Below are positions 9,927 through 21,800 of a stretch of 64,000 nt of DNA, piece after piece. How positions within the stretch are numbered: position 1 is the first letter of the stretch; each line of letters begins with the position of its first letter. Both the position numbers and the translations under genes were made by a program. Where the stretch lies: contig CAWCRS010000005.1 in the NCBI GenBank assembly GCA_963798085.1, positions 64,001 through 128,000 of the forward strand, written 5' to 3'. The stretch comes from an uncultured Gemmatimonadales bacterium (lineage in GTDB: Bacteria; Gemmatimonadota; Gemmatimonadetes; Longimicrobiales; RSA9). The notes beneath the pieces are model-generated. The model saw nothing but the letters and a program-made list of their open reading frames with translations, had not been told where the DNA came from and made no database searches.

Positions 9927-11024
9927 TCATTCCTGGGTTTCCTGCACGAGCTGGTCCACCACGTCCTTCAGGTCGCCGGTGCGGTGGAATGTGGCCAGCT
10001 GGCGATCCGCACTGGAGCCCTCCTTCAGGATGCGATGGACGTACTCGACCTCGCTTCGGGTTCCCAGCTCGTCCACCACGTCGGCAATGAACCACTCGAC
10101 CAGCTCGAGGATCAGCTGGCGCGCGGGCAGCTCCTGCTGTTTGCCGAAGTCGATGAGCTGGCCGTCCAGGCCGTAACGCACGGCGCGCCACTTGTTCTCC
10201 TCGAGCAGGTCGGAGGAGTACACCCGGAACGTCGTGTTATCGCGCCGCATCTTCCACAGCTTGGCAATGATGGCCTGCAGGATGGCGGCCAGACAGACGG
10301 CTTCGTCCACGCGCGTGCAGATGTCGAGCACGCGGAACTCGAGCGTCGGATAGTGATGATGCGGCCGCACGTCCCACCAGATCTTCGAGCCGTCCGGTAT
10401 GGAGCGCGTGCGCACCAGGGTATCCTCCAGGTACTTGAAGTCGCCCCATGACTGGAACGGCCGCGGGATGCCGGTGCGCGGGAAGTTGCGGAAAATCACG
10501 CTGCGGTAACTCTTGAGCCCGGTCTCGCGGCCGATCCAGAAGGGCGAGCTGGAAGCCAGGCAGAGCAGGTGCGGCAGGAAGTAGCGCGCCACGTTCATGG
10601 CATCGATCATGAACTCGCGATCCTCGATGCCGATGTGGATGTGCGTGCCGAAGATCAGCAGCTGCTGCGCCAGCAGCTGCATGTCCTGCTTCACGCCCAT
10701 GTAGCGTTCCAGCGGTGTGATTTCCTGTGTGAGCCAGGAGGAGAAGGGGTGCGTGCCGGCGGCGGCCATGCGCAGATTCTTGCGCGCCGCCAGGCCGTGG
10801 ACCATGCGGCGCAGGCGACGCAGCTCCTGACCGGCTTCCGCCGGCGTCCGGCACACCGTGGTGCCCACTTCGACGATCGACTGATGCAGCTCCGGCTTCA
10901 CCTCGCGCAGAATCACATCATCTTCCTGCAGTATCTCCGTGATATAGGAACGCAGCTCCCGCGTCTCCGGGTCGATGATCTGATACTCTTCCTCGATGCC
11001 AATGGTGAGTGAAGGCGGCTCCAT
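9927..11024 (-). CDS. Carboxylate-amine ligase (GCS2/YbdK family)
   Basis: TIGIEEEYQIID, GTHPF, GTHIHIG, WWDVRP, TLEFR, ENKWRAVRYG. Confidence 0.92.
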   Translation of the reverse strand: MEPPSLTIGIEEEYQIIDPETRELRSYITEILQEDDVILREVKPELHQSIVEVGTTVCRTPAEAGQELRRLRRMVHGLAARKNLRMAAAGTHPFSSWLTQEITPLERYMGVKQDMQLLAQQLLIFGTHIHIGIEDREFMIDAMNVARYFLPHLLCLASSSPFWIGRETGLKSYRSVIFRNFPRTGIPRPFQSWGDFKYLEDTLVRTRSIPDGSKIWWDVRPHHHYPTLEFRVLDICTRVDEAVCLAAILQAIIAKLWKMRRDNTTFRVYSSDLLEENKWRAVRYGLDGQLIDFGKQQELPARQLILELVEWFIADVVDELGTRSEVEYVHRILKEGSSADRQLATFHRTGDLKDVVDQLVQETQE

Positions 11025-11031
11025 ACCCCTC

Positions 11032-12392
11032 CTAACGAGGCTCTACCACAAAGGTGGCGACGCTGGAACCGCCACCTGCAGTAACATTGACCAGCGATTC
11101 CGTCGAGAGCCGGCTCAGACAACCATCCATGTAGGCGCCGTAATAGATGAACGGCGCAGTGTCCAGGATGCGCTCGGGAAACTGGACGCGGCCATCGACC
11201 AGAACGGGAAAGGCCTCGAGCGGAATGTGCACGCGTTCCTGCACCACGTGGGGCGAGGTCAGGGCCACGCGCAGGGCCGCTTCCCAGGCGGCATGCGTCC
11301 GTCTCCCAGCCCAGCACGATGCCCTTGCCGCCATACTCGTCGTTAGGCTTGAGCACCAGCTTCTCGCGCTGCTGCGCGATGAAGGGCAGCAGGTCCACTT
11401 CCCGGCCCTGGTACTGCGTGACGCGCTCGGCCACGCTGCGCGTCCAGGGGATGTGCGCCTCGATGCCGGCGCGCTCTCCGGGCGTGAACAGCGCCGCGTT
11501 GCGCTCGTCGCTGAGCACGGCCAGGCTGGCCTTCTTGTGCAGCACCTTGCAGCGGAACGGATTGACCATGCAGACGGCGCGCTCGCGCACGGCGCGCACC
11601 ACCGGGTGATCCATGCCGCCGCGATCGATCAGTTCGCTGATCAGCACGCGCTTGTAGATCAGGTCGACGGGCGATGTCGGCCGCGTATCAGCCGTCCCCT
11701 GCCGGTACTCCGACTTCGCGCGGGTCGGCAATGACGCAGTCCAGGCCTTGCGAGCGCAGGTACTCGGCGGTGATCACGAACTCGCTGTAGGTCGGCACGT
11801 CGTGCCAGTCGAGGATGGCGATGCGCGGCGCCGCGCGCCGCCCGGACCACTGGTGCCAGGCATCCAGCAGCGCGTGCATGACGTTCTGCCGCGACGGCTG
11901 GGGCCGCACCTCGTAGCGGCGCAGGAACTCGCCCATCACGGGAAGCCCGAGAAACACCTCCGCGAGCACGTCGTTGTACGCAGGCGGCCGCCGGCGTCTC
12001 CGCATTGTACTCGGTGAAGCGCAGGCCACCGCGGTCGGGCACGAAGAACGCATCCAGCCGCGACACCGGACTGGGGTCGCGGAAGCCGGGGTCGGTCGCG
12101 CGAGCAGTTCGATCTCCCAGTCGTCGAGGCCGAACTGCGCCAGCACACTCTCATCCTCGATGGCCGCTTCGTAGGCTTTGCGGAACGCGCCCATGAGCAC
12201 GCTGCAGCGGCTCTGCAGGAAGGCATACTGGGCCGCGGTCAGGAAGCGCGGCCGCAGCACGCTGCAGAGGGGGCGGTTGCCGAAGAAGAGGCCGCGGTAC
12301 GCGAGCTGCGAATCCAGCCTCGCCTGTGTTTCTTCCGCCAGCTCGTCGGTCAGCAGGGCGTGCCAGTGCTCGATGGCGGCCTGGAGCGCCAT
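11032..12392 (-). CDS. Circularly permuted ATP-grasp (glutathionylspermidine-synthase-like) ligase; about four frameshifts, probably sequencing indels
   Basis: Pieces join across frames: LRPRFL / SRLDAF...EYNAETP / DLIYKR...HIPWTR...[13 protein letters not shown] / VVQERV...[10 protein letters not shown]. Confidence 0.8.
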
Positions 12393-13333
12393 CAGCTGCG
12401 CGTCCGCGTGGCCGTGAACAGCGTGGACCAGTCCAGGCGGTCACGCTGCGGCCTGGCCGCCTTCGCCAGGCGGATCGCCATGTCCGCCATGTGCTCGACC
12501 GCCCAGTCGAAGTAATGCGATGTCAGGGAATACACGTCCATGTCGGGTGCGGGGTTCATGAAATCGATGGCGTAGGGAATGCCGTCACGAATGGCCCACT
12601 CGATCGAGTTCATGTCGTAGCCCAGTGCGCGCACCAGCTTGAGCGAGTCCGCCACCACGCGCGCGCCCGTTTCCGGCGTCAGGTACTCGTGGTCCATGAT
12701 GTACTTGCGTTCGCGCGGATCGTAGTGGATGGGCATGATCTCTTCCTGGCCCAGACAGATGCAGCGTACGAACTGATCCCACTCGATGTACTCCTGCACC
12801 ACCATGGTGCGCAGGCCGGAGCGGTCGTAGTTGTCGATCAGCTCACCCATGGTGCGGCAGATGAAGACGTCCTTCCAGCCGCCGCCGTGCGCATCCTTCA
12901 GCACGCAGGGCATGCCGACGTAGTCCACGATGGCGTGCCAGTCGAGCGGATACACAAGGTTGCGCAGGCTCTCCGTGTGCACGATGCCGGGCACGTAGTC
13001 CTTGTTGGGCAGTGCCACCGTGCGCGGGTGCGCCACACCCAGCTTCCGCGCCAGACTGGCGCCGAAGAACTTGTCGTCCGCCGACCACATGAACGGATTG
13101 TTCACCACGGTGACGCCCTGCACCACCGCGTGCTTCAGGTAGCTGCGGTAGTACGGGACTTCATGCGAGATGCGATCGATGATGACGGACCACGGCACCG
13201 GCTCATCCATGGCGGTGCCGCCCAGCTTGACGTACTCGACCACCACGCCCGCATCACGCCGATGCACTTCTTCGATGAAGGCCGGCGGGAACGACCACTC
13301 GCGGCCGACGAAGAGTCCCACCTTCAAGGCCAT
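12392..13333 (-). CDS. RimK-like ATP-grasp ligase
   Basis: IIDRISHE, NNPFMWSADDKF, VLKDAHGGGWK, VQEYI, IDFMNPAPD. Confidence 0.87.
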   Translation of the reverse strand: MALKVGLFVGREWSFPPAFIEEVHRRDAGVVVEYVKLGGTAMDEPVPWSVIIDRISHEVPYYRSYLKHAVVQGVTVVNNPFMWSADDKFFGASLARKLGVAHPRTVALPNKDYVPGIVHTESLRNLVYPLDWHAIVDYVGMPCVLKDAHGGGWKDVFICRTMGELIDNYDRSGLRTMVVQEYIEWDQFVRCICLGQEEIMPIHYDPRERKYIMDHEYLTPETGARVVADSLKLVRALGYDMNSIEWAIRDGIPYAIDFMNPAPDMDVYSLTSHYFDWAVEHMADMAIRLAKAARPQRDRLDWSTLFTATRTRS

Positions 13334-13347
13334 GGTTTGTCCCCCGT

Positions 13348-14067
13348 TCAATCGTGTCCTCCGATGTAGAGCGGCAGCATCTGCCGCCACCACGGCCAGT
13401 CGTGCGCCCAGCCGTCCCAGAGTCGGAAGGCGTGCCACACTCCTTTTTCCCACAGCACGCGCGAGATGTGTTCGTTGTCCGCGCGGTTGGGATCGTCACG
13501 CCCGATCGCGATGATGATGTCCGTGGCGCGCAGTGCCGCCAGCCGCGCCGGGTCCTGCAGGTGCATCAGGTAGTGCGAAGGATCGTGCGCATACACTCGC
13601 TCGTCCTCGTAACCGCCTGTCAGGCGCTTGATGTCGTAGAGCCCGGCCATGGCCAGCACGCGGTCTACCATGCCCGGATGCCGCAACGCCAGGTTGAGCG
13701 CATGGTAGGCGCCGAAGCTCGTGCCGGTGGTGATCAGGAACGGATCCTGGTTGCGCTGCTGCGTGAACGGAATCACCTCGTGCACAATGTACCGTTCGTA
13801 CTCGTCGTGCCGCAGCGCCGCATCCGAGGGATGCTTGTCGCGCGCGTACCAGCTCTCTGCATCCACGCTGTCCACGCAGTAGAACTGCAGCCAGCCACGC
13901 TCGATGGGTTCCGCAATGGTCTGCAGCATGCCGCGGTCTTCCCACTCGAAGAAGCGACCCAGCGACGTGGGAAAGACCAGGACCTTCCCCCCGCCGTGCC
14001 CGAAGACGAGCAGCTCCATGTCCCGCCGCAATGAGGGGCTGTACCAGCGCTGATATTCGCGCTTCAT
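13348..14067 (-). CDS. Alpha/beta-hydrolase esterase family protein
   Basis: LVFGHGG, VFPTS, GTSFG elbow, HDWPWW. Confidence 0.85.
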   Translation of the reverse strand: MKREYQRWYSPSLRRDMELLVFGHGGGKVLVFPTSLGRFFEWEDRGMLQTIAEPIERGWLQFYCVDSVDAESWYARDKHPSDAALRHDEYERYIVHEVIPFTQQRNQDPFLITTGTSFGAYHALNLALRHPGMVDRVLAMAGLYDIKRLTGGYEDERVYAHDPSHYLMHLQDPARLAALRATDIIIAIGRDDPNRADNEHISRVLWEKGVWHAFRLWDGWAHDWPWWRQMLPLYIGGHD

Positions 14068-14324
14068 ATGCCTTCGCAGAGCGGCCGCCGCGCGGCGCCG
14101 TGAACAGTCCGTTTGGGTGACGGCCCGGCAGCACAGCGGCCACCAGCGCACGCGCGACGCCCCGTCGCGTCGCCCCACTCCGGGTAACACCGTGCGCCGC
14201 ATCCCGCAACGGTCCCGCACGATCGGATGGCGAGAGCGCCGGGCGCGTCCTAGCTTGCACCCGATCGTCCGTGTCCGTGCATCCGGGCCCGCGATACGGA
14301 GCCGTTGCACACTGGAGATCGACC

Positions 14325-16743
14325 ATGCAGGCCTACGAGAAGCTGGGCGCTTTCTACCTCGGCCGCCGCTACGAACCGGCGCGCGGTGTGACCGACGAGG
14401 TCATCCTCTATGATGCGCGCGACCTGACGACACACGCGGTGTGCGTCGGCATGACCGGCTCCGGCAAGACCGGCCTCTGCCTGTCGCTGCTCGAGGAGGC
14501 CGCAGTGGACGGCATCCCCGCCATCGCCATCGATCCCAAGGGCGACATCGGCAACCTGCTGTTCACGTTCCCCGACCTGCGCCCTGCGGACTTCGAGCCG
14601 TGGGTCAACGCGGATGACGCGGCACGCAAAGGCATGAGCACGGCGGAGTATGCGCGCACTGTCGCAGAGAGCTGGCGCCAGGGCCTGGCGCAATGGGACC
14701 AGGACGGCGAGCGCATCCGCCGCATGCGCGCCACCACGGACTTCGCCATCTACACACCCGGCAGCCTGGCCGGCCGGCCGCTGGCGCTGCTCCGCACGCT
14801 GGAGGCGCCGCCACGCGCGCTCGCCAATGATCCCGATGCGCTGCGCGAGCGCGTACTCGCTACGACCGCGGGACTCCTGACGCTCGTCGGTATCGAGCCC
14901 GATCCCGTGCGCAGTCGCGAGCATATCCTGCTCTCACTGTTGCTGGACACGGCGTGGCGCGCTGGTCGCACACTGGAGATGGCGGACCTGATCCGCACGA
15001 TCCAGAAGCCGCCCTTCGAGCGGGTGGGCGTGCTCGATCTGGAATCGTTCTTTCCCGCCGGCGACCGCTTCGCCCTCGCCATGACGTTCAACAACCTGCT
15101 CGCATCGCCCGGCTTCGCCGCGTGGCTGGAAGGCGAGCCCCTCGAGGTGCAGAGCCTCCTCTGGACCGCGCAGGGACGGCCGCGCATCGCGATCCTCAGC
15201 ATCGCACACCTCTCCGACGCCGAGCGCATGTTCTTCGTCACAATGCTGCTGGAGGCGGTCATTGCCTGGATGCGGGCGCAGCCGGGCTCCACCAGCCTGC
15301 GCGCCATCCTGTACATGGACGAGGTCTTCGGCTTCTTTCCGCCCGTCGCGAATCCGCCGTCCAAGCAGCCCATGCTGACACTGCTCAAGCAGGCACGAGC
15401 CTACGGGCTGGGCGTGGTACTGGCTACACAGAATCCCGTGGACCTCGATTACAAGGGACTTGCTAACGCGGGCACATGGTTCCTGGGACGGCTCCAGACC
15501 GAGCGCGACAAGCTGCGCGTTCTGGAGGGTCTGGAGAGTGCTGCCGCCAGCGGCTTCGATCGCGCGGCCGCGGACGCCGCGCTTTCTTCCCTGCCCAGCC
15601 GCGTCTTCCTGCTGCACGACGTACACGCTGATGCGCCGGTCCTGCTGCAGACGCGCTGGGCCATGTCCTGGCTGCGCGGCCCGCTCACCCGTGACGAGAT
15701 CCGCCGCGTCGTCGCACAGAGTGCCAATGCCGCGGCGCCGCCGGCTAACGCAACATTTGCGGGACCCGCGCCCGCCTCCGGCGGGCTGCAGGCGGCGGCA
15801 CCGGCAGCGCCGCCGGCCGGGGCCCGGGCGCAATCCACCGCTGCCGGGCGTCCGCTGCTGCCCGCCGACATCAGCCAGCGTTTCCTGCACGGCGGCGGGC
15901 GTGGAAGCGCGTACGAGCCGGCGCTGTTCGGGCGTGTGCGCGCGCACTACGTCGAATGCGCGGCGGGGCATCAATGCCTGGCGCGACCTCGCCTTCCTGG
16001 CGCCGCTCGGCGCTGCCGACGCAGCGGATGTGTGGTCCGGGGCGACGCGTCTCGACAGCGAACCAGCGCTCGACGACGAGGCCTCGCCCGGACTCGCTTT
16101 CACCGAGCTGCCCGGCGCGGCGGCGCGCGCCAGCAGTTACCGCGCCTGGCAGAAGGCGCTTCTGGATTACGCGTATCGCGCCGAATCACTCACACTGTAT
16201 CAGGCGACGACACTCGGTCTGTGCTCCGGTGAAACGGAGACGGAAGGGCAGTTCCGCGTGCGACTCGCGCAGCACGCCCGCGAACAGCGTGACCAGGCCA
16301 TGGACCGGCTGCGCCAGAAGTTCGCGCCACGCGTGCAGCAGATCGTGCAGCGCCTGCGCGCGGCGCAGGAGCGGGTCGAGAGAGAGCGCGCGCAGTACGA
16401 GCAGCAGAAGTACCAGACCGCCATCTCGTTCGGCGCTACCGTGCTGGGCGCCGTGTTCGGTCGCAAGCTGGGCAGCATGGCGAACATCGGGCGCGCCACT
16501 ACTGCGGCGCGCGGCGCGAGCCGCATCGGTCGCGAGCGCGCCGACGTGAGCCGCGCGCAGGACAGCGTCGAGACGCTGCAGGCGCAGCAATCCGATCTGG
16601 AGAGTCAGCTCGAGTCGGAGCTGGCGCAGCTGCAGACGCAGTTCGACCCCGCGGGCCTTGCAGTCGAACCGCTCGAGATCCGGGCACGGAAGGCAGATCT
16701 GCGTGCCGATCCGCCGTTGCTGGTCTGGGTGGCTCGCCCGTGA
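14325..16743 (+). CDS. HerA/FtsK-superfamily (DUF87-like) P-loop ATPase with C-terminal coiled coil; frameshift near 15960
   Basis: GGAG RBS; Walker [15 protein letters not shown], Walker [18 protein letters not shown]-terminus continues in ORF 15460..16743. Confidence 0.82.
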
Positions 16744-16827
16744 CGCAGGTTTCAGGGCGCGCACCGTGCGCGCGTGCGAGCAGCGGGTCTTGTCGAGGAA
16801 GCGGTGCGCGCCGCGCGTGCGCGCGAC

Positions 16828-18733
16828 TCACTGGTGCAGCGTGTACTGGCGGCGAACGACCTGTCCGCCCTGCACGAGCACCGTGTCGGTCTGCGTGGCA
16901 TAGCCCTGGCGGCTCACCACGACAATGTGCGGTCCGGCGCGCAGTGTTTCGAAACGCACGGGCGACTCGCGCGCGGGTGCGCCGTCCACGCTGATCTGGG
17001 CCCACGTGCCCGTGACCGTTGCGACCAGGCTGCCGTAGACCGGGTAGTCCATGCGCGCCACACGATACGTCCGTCCGGCGGCGGGCATGCGCTGCACGGA
17101 GTCCCAGTCCAGCTGGCCGGGCGCGCGGAACAGGATGCGGTGGACGCCGCTGGGCAGAGGCATCTCGAAGTCCGTCGTGCCCAGCTTTACGGGGCTGGCG
17201 CCATCGAACAGGAAGACATCGGCGGGCACATTCGCCTCGAAGCGCGCCAGCACGGAATCCGGATCCAGGGTTGCCGAGAATGCGGGACCCCTTGAAGGAC
17301 ACGCGTTGCGGGATATACCCGGGGTGCGACAGCTCGATCAGCACGGAGTCACCGGATGCGACGGACAGCTCGGCTTCATCGCTCCACGTGCGGCCGCCCG
17401 GCCCGAGTGCCCGAATCGTGCTGCCCGCGGGCAGCACGCGCACGAAGGCCGTGAACAGCGGGCGCACCGACTTCCCGCCGGACGTGTCCACTCCACCTCC
17501 TGACGCCGTGTTAGACACGAGCCGGGCGCTGTCGGGCGTCGCGGCACCGGCGGGCGCGCCGCCGCCCGTGGAATCCGGCCTGGCCAGGGAATCGCGCTGC
17601 GCGACGGTCGCGGCCGCGGCCGGGTTGTGCGTTCCCGAGCGCCGCGAGATCAGCACGGCGCCCACGCCGATCACCAGCAGGATGGCGCCGCCAATGAGCA
17701 GGCCCGGACCCAGCCGCTCGAGCAACTGGCGGGCACCGCCACCACGCGGCTGCACGCGCAGATCCAGCGACTCGGTGCCATCCAGCATGGGCGCGCGCTC
17801 CGCCAGATCCGGCGGCAACAGCAGCTGCGGCCCCGGCGGGCGCGCATTGCGGCCCAGCGCCGTGAGCGCGCGCGCATCCGCCGGCAGTGCCTCTTCGCTC
17901 AATGTCTGGCGCTCGGGCCCCATGACGTGCGTCGCGAAACCGCCGTCCAGATCGCCACCCGGTGAACTCCGCCCCGTGGCCATGTCCATCGCCAGCAGCA
18001 GCGCATCCCGGAACGCGGCCGCCGACTCGAAGCCACGCGCATCACGCAGGGCGCGCGTCAGCACCGGCGCCAGGAAACCGAACTGTGCGCGCGCGTGCAC
18101 CGAATCCGCCAGCGGATCGCGGCGGGTCAGATTCTCAATGGCGTCTTCCGGCAATGGCGGTGTCAGCAGCTCGCAGGCGAGACGCGCGAGCCCGCGCACA
18201 TCCTCCGCAGGGTCCGTCACCTCGACCTCATCGAGCAGCTGCGACTTGGGGATTCCCAGGTCCAGCAGCTTCACGCGGCCGTCCGGCCGCACGCGGATGT
18301 TGGCGCTGCTGATGTTGCCGTGCACCAGGCCCGCCGCGTGCGCGGCGGCCAGTGCATCCGCCAGCCTGGCCAGCAGCCTGGCCGTGTCCAGCACCGTCCA
18401 GCGCTGGCCGGCGCGCTTCAGCGCATCGACCGTCTCGCCGTCGACCAGCTCCATGACGACAATGTCGGTCTCGGCCAGCGAGCGGAATTCGTAGATGGTG
18501 ACGAGATTCGGATGACTGAGGTGCGCAACAATGCGCGCGCGATCGCGAATGCGCGAGCGCAGCTGCGACAGCTCGGCGCCCTCGCGCAGCACGCCCGCGC
18601 GCACCACGCGCAGCACCACGGCCCTCTCGAGCTGCTCATCCACGGCGCGGAAGAAATAGCCCAGCGAGTCCCGCCGGAGCTCCTCCTCCACGCGATAGTG
18701 GGAGATTCGCAGAATCCTGCTCCCCCCGGACAT
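16828..18733 (-). CDS. Membrane Ser/Thr pseudokinase with C-terminal PEGA-like domains; frameshift near 17280
   Basis: Kinase-like HPNLVTIYE, MELVDGET, HGNISSANI, VKLLDLG; TM LLIGGAILLVIGVGAVLI; PEGA-like ISVDG...GPHIVVVSRQGY. Confidence 0.78.
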
Positions 18734-18887
18734 CGTCTTCGGAAACGGTGAATTACGATCGGGCCGCGGCTCCAGCCGCACCCGCGGACCGGCGTTTCAT
18801 GCGGGCGCCGGTCCCCACTGCGGAGACTGGTACCGCTGAAACCAGCATCGGGTGCCGCTCCGGTGAAGCAGCGCCAGACGCCGGTGC

Positions 18888-21800
18888 CTAATTGACCTTC
18901 GTCGTCGCAGTCTGCGTATTGTTCGTCAGATCGGGGTCCGGGCTCGCCGCCCCGACCACTGCCGTCGCGATAACGTCCACGGCGCTGGTCGTGGCGACGA
19001 ACTTCACTGTACGCACTTCCGACGCACCGCCCGCGATGGCCAGGAACGACCAGCTCACGGAACCCGCTGCTTCCGTGCCGCCGCCGCTGGAGCCGGGCAC
19101 AATGGCTGCACTCGTCACCGTGTTCGTCAGCGTAATCACAGCCGACGGGTTTCCGCTGTTGTTGGTCACGGTGATCGTGTAGGTGATGGTGTCCCCGACA
19201 TTCACGGTCGTCTGCGAAGGCGCGATGTCCACGGACAGATCGGCCGCGAGCGGGTTGACATGCGTGGTGAACGAGCCGGTCGCGCCGTTGGGGTCCGTCG
19301 ACGAGGACGAGACGACGGCGGCCGTGTTCACGACGTCGCCAATCAGCGGCGCAATCACGCGCACCGTGAACACCGTGTCGTGCCCCGCGTCCAGCCTCGC
19401 GATACTCCATTCCGGCGCGGCCGGCGTGCCGCCGCTGGCGGCCGGCGAAACATCCACGAACGTGGCGTTAGTGGGCAGCGTGTTGCGCAGCGTGACACCG
19501 ACGGCGCCGCTGGGGCCCTGATTGCTCAAGGTCACAATGAAGTTGATGATGTCGCCGGGCGCCGCGTTGACCGGACCGGTCACGCTCACTACCAGGTCTG
19601 CGGCGGCAATGGGGAGAATCAGCGTTGTGCTGTTGTTTGCGGGCACGGGATCCCCCACGGCTGACGCCACTGACGCCGTGTTAGACACCGACCCCGCCGC
19701 CGGTCCGGTGATGGTCACATCCAGCTGCACGGAACCACCGCTGGCAATGCTGGCAATTGGATTGAAGGTCAGCACATTGCCCGACGGCGTGACCCCGCCT
19801 GTGGCGCTCACGAAGGCCACCATGTTGGAAGGCAGATTGTCCGTCACCTGCACCGCCGTGGCGTCGCTCGGCCCCAGGTTGTTCACGGTGATCGTGTAGG
19901 TGATGTTGTCCTGCGCGTTAATGGTCGCGGGCTGCGCCGTCATGCTCAGCTGGAGATCCGCGGCCGGATTCACGGTAGTGGAAAGGACCGCCTGGTTGTC
20001 GGACAGGTCCGGATCGAACGTCGTCGAACTGACCGTGGCCGTGAGGTCGACAGCTCCCGCCGCGGCGGGGCCCGACCACTGCACAATGAAGGTCGTCGAA
20101 TCGCTGGGCGCGAGGGTGCCGGCTACGTTCCAGGTGAGCGTATTGCCGGCGACGTTCGTCGGCGACGGCGCGAAGCCGGTCACCGTGACCCCGGCCGGCA
20201 GCGTGGCCGTCACCGTACGTGCGGACACGGCGCTCGGGCCCGCGTTGAACACGACGATCGTGTCCGTGACCGTGGAGCCGGCCAGGCCGCTGGCCGGTCC
20301 CCGCGCCGATACACGCAGGTTCGCCACCGTCACGCTGGTGACCACCTGGGATGTATCGTTCGCCGACACCGGATCCTTCGTGGAAGTGGATACGGACGCC
20401 ACGTTCGTCATCAACCCGGCGGTAGTGCCCACCGTGACGCGAACGGTATCCACGCGGACCTGGCCCGCAGCCAGGCTGACGGCCGGCCACGTGACCACAC
20501 CACTGCTGGCGACGCCACCATTCGTTGCGCTGACGAACGTCACATTGCCGGGCAGTGCATCGGTCAGCTGCACGGCGCCTGCCGTGCTGGGGCCGGCATT
20601 GCTCGTGGTCAGCACATAGGCGATCACAGCGCCCGGATTGGCCTGTGCCGGACCGCTCTTGCTGACACCCACGTTAGCAACAGGCACAACGGTGGTGGTC
20701 GACACGCTGCGATTGTTGGCGGCATTGGGATCGTTCGTGGCCGCGCTGATGCGGGCGACGTTGCTGATCGAGCCGCCGGCCGCGGGCGCCAGCGCCTTGA
20801 CCGTGAACGAGGCCGATCCGCCGTTGGCCAGTGGCGCCGGTCCCCAGAGCAGCTCGCGTCCTGACAGCGCGGGCGCGCCGGTCGCGTTCAGGAAAGTCGC
20901 GCCAGCGGGCAATGTGTCACGCAGCACGGCGTTCACGGCCGCGCTCGGACCGTGATTCAGCACGTCAATGGTCCAGGTGATCGTGTCGCCGGCATTGACC
21001 GACGCCGGCCCGTTCTTGGTCACTTCGAGATCCGCCTGCGCGACCAGCGTGCTGGCGGAGCTGACGTTGTTGGTCGCATCGGGATCGGATGTGCCCGCCG
21101 CCACCGCTGCCACATTCGTGAGTGTGCCCGCTGTCGTCGCGGTCACCTGAACCGTGAAGTTGATGGTGGCACCACTGTTCAGGCTGGCCAGCGTGGGCCA
21201 CGTGATGACCCGGCCGACGGGGGTGGGCCCGCCTGCACTCACGAAGGTGAAGTTGCTGGCCGGCAGCGTGTCGCTGACCACGACGTTCACAGCGCGGCCC
21301 GGTCCCTTGTTCTGCACCTGGATGGACCAGGAGAATGTTGTCGCCGGGCGCTGCAGTCGCGGGACCCGTCTTGGTGACGGCCAGGTCCGCGCTGTTCACG
21401 GACGTGCTGACTGCGGCGACATTGTTCGCCGTGCTCGCTTCAGCGGTCGTGGAACTGGCCAGCGCGACGTTCCTGACAGTTCCGTTAGCGGGCAATGTCA
21501 CGGTGACGCTGTAGCTGAGGGAATCGCCGGCCGCGAGTGTGCCCACGGTCGGCCAGGTCAGCACGGTGCCCGAGAGGCTGGCCGAAGGGGATGCGCTCAC
21601 GAACGCGGCGTTGGCCGGCAGTGAGTCGCGCACGGACACAGCAGCCGCGGCGCTGGGCCCGAGATTGCGCACGCGGATCGTGTACACAATCGGATCGCCG
21701 GCATTCACCGCGCCCGCGGATGCGGTCTTGCTCACCAGCAGATCGGCCAGCGCATTCACACCCACCGTGACGGCCGAGCGGTTGTCGGCAGGATTGGCAT

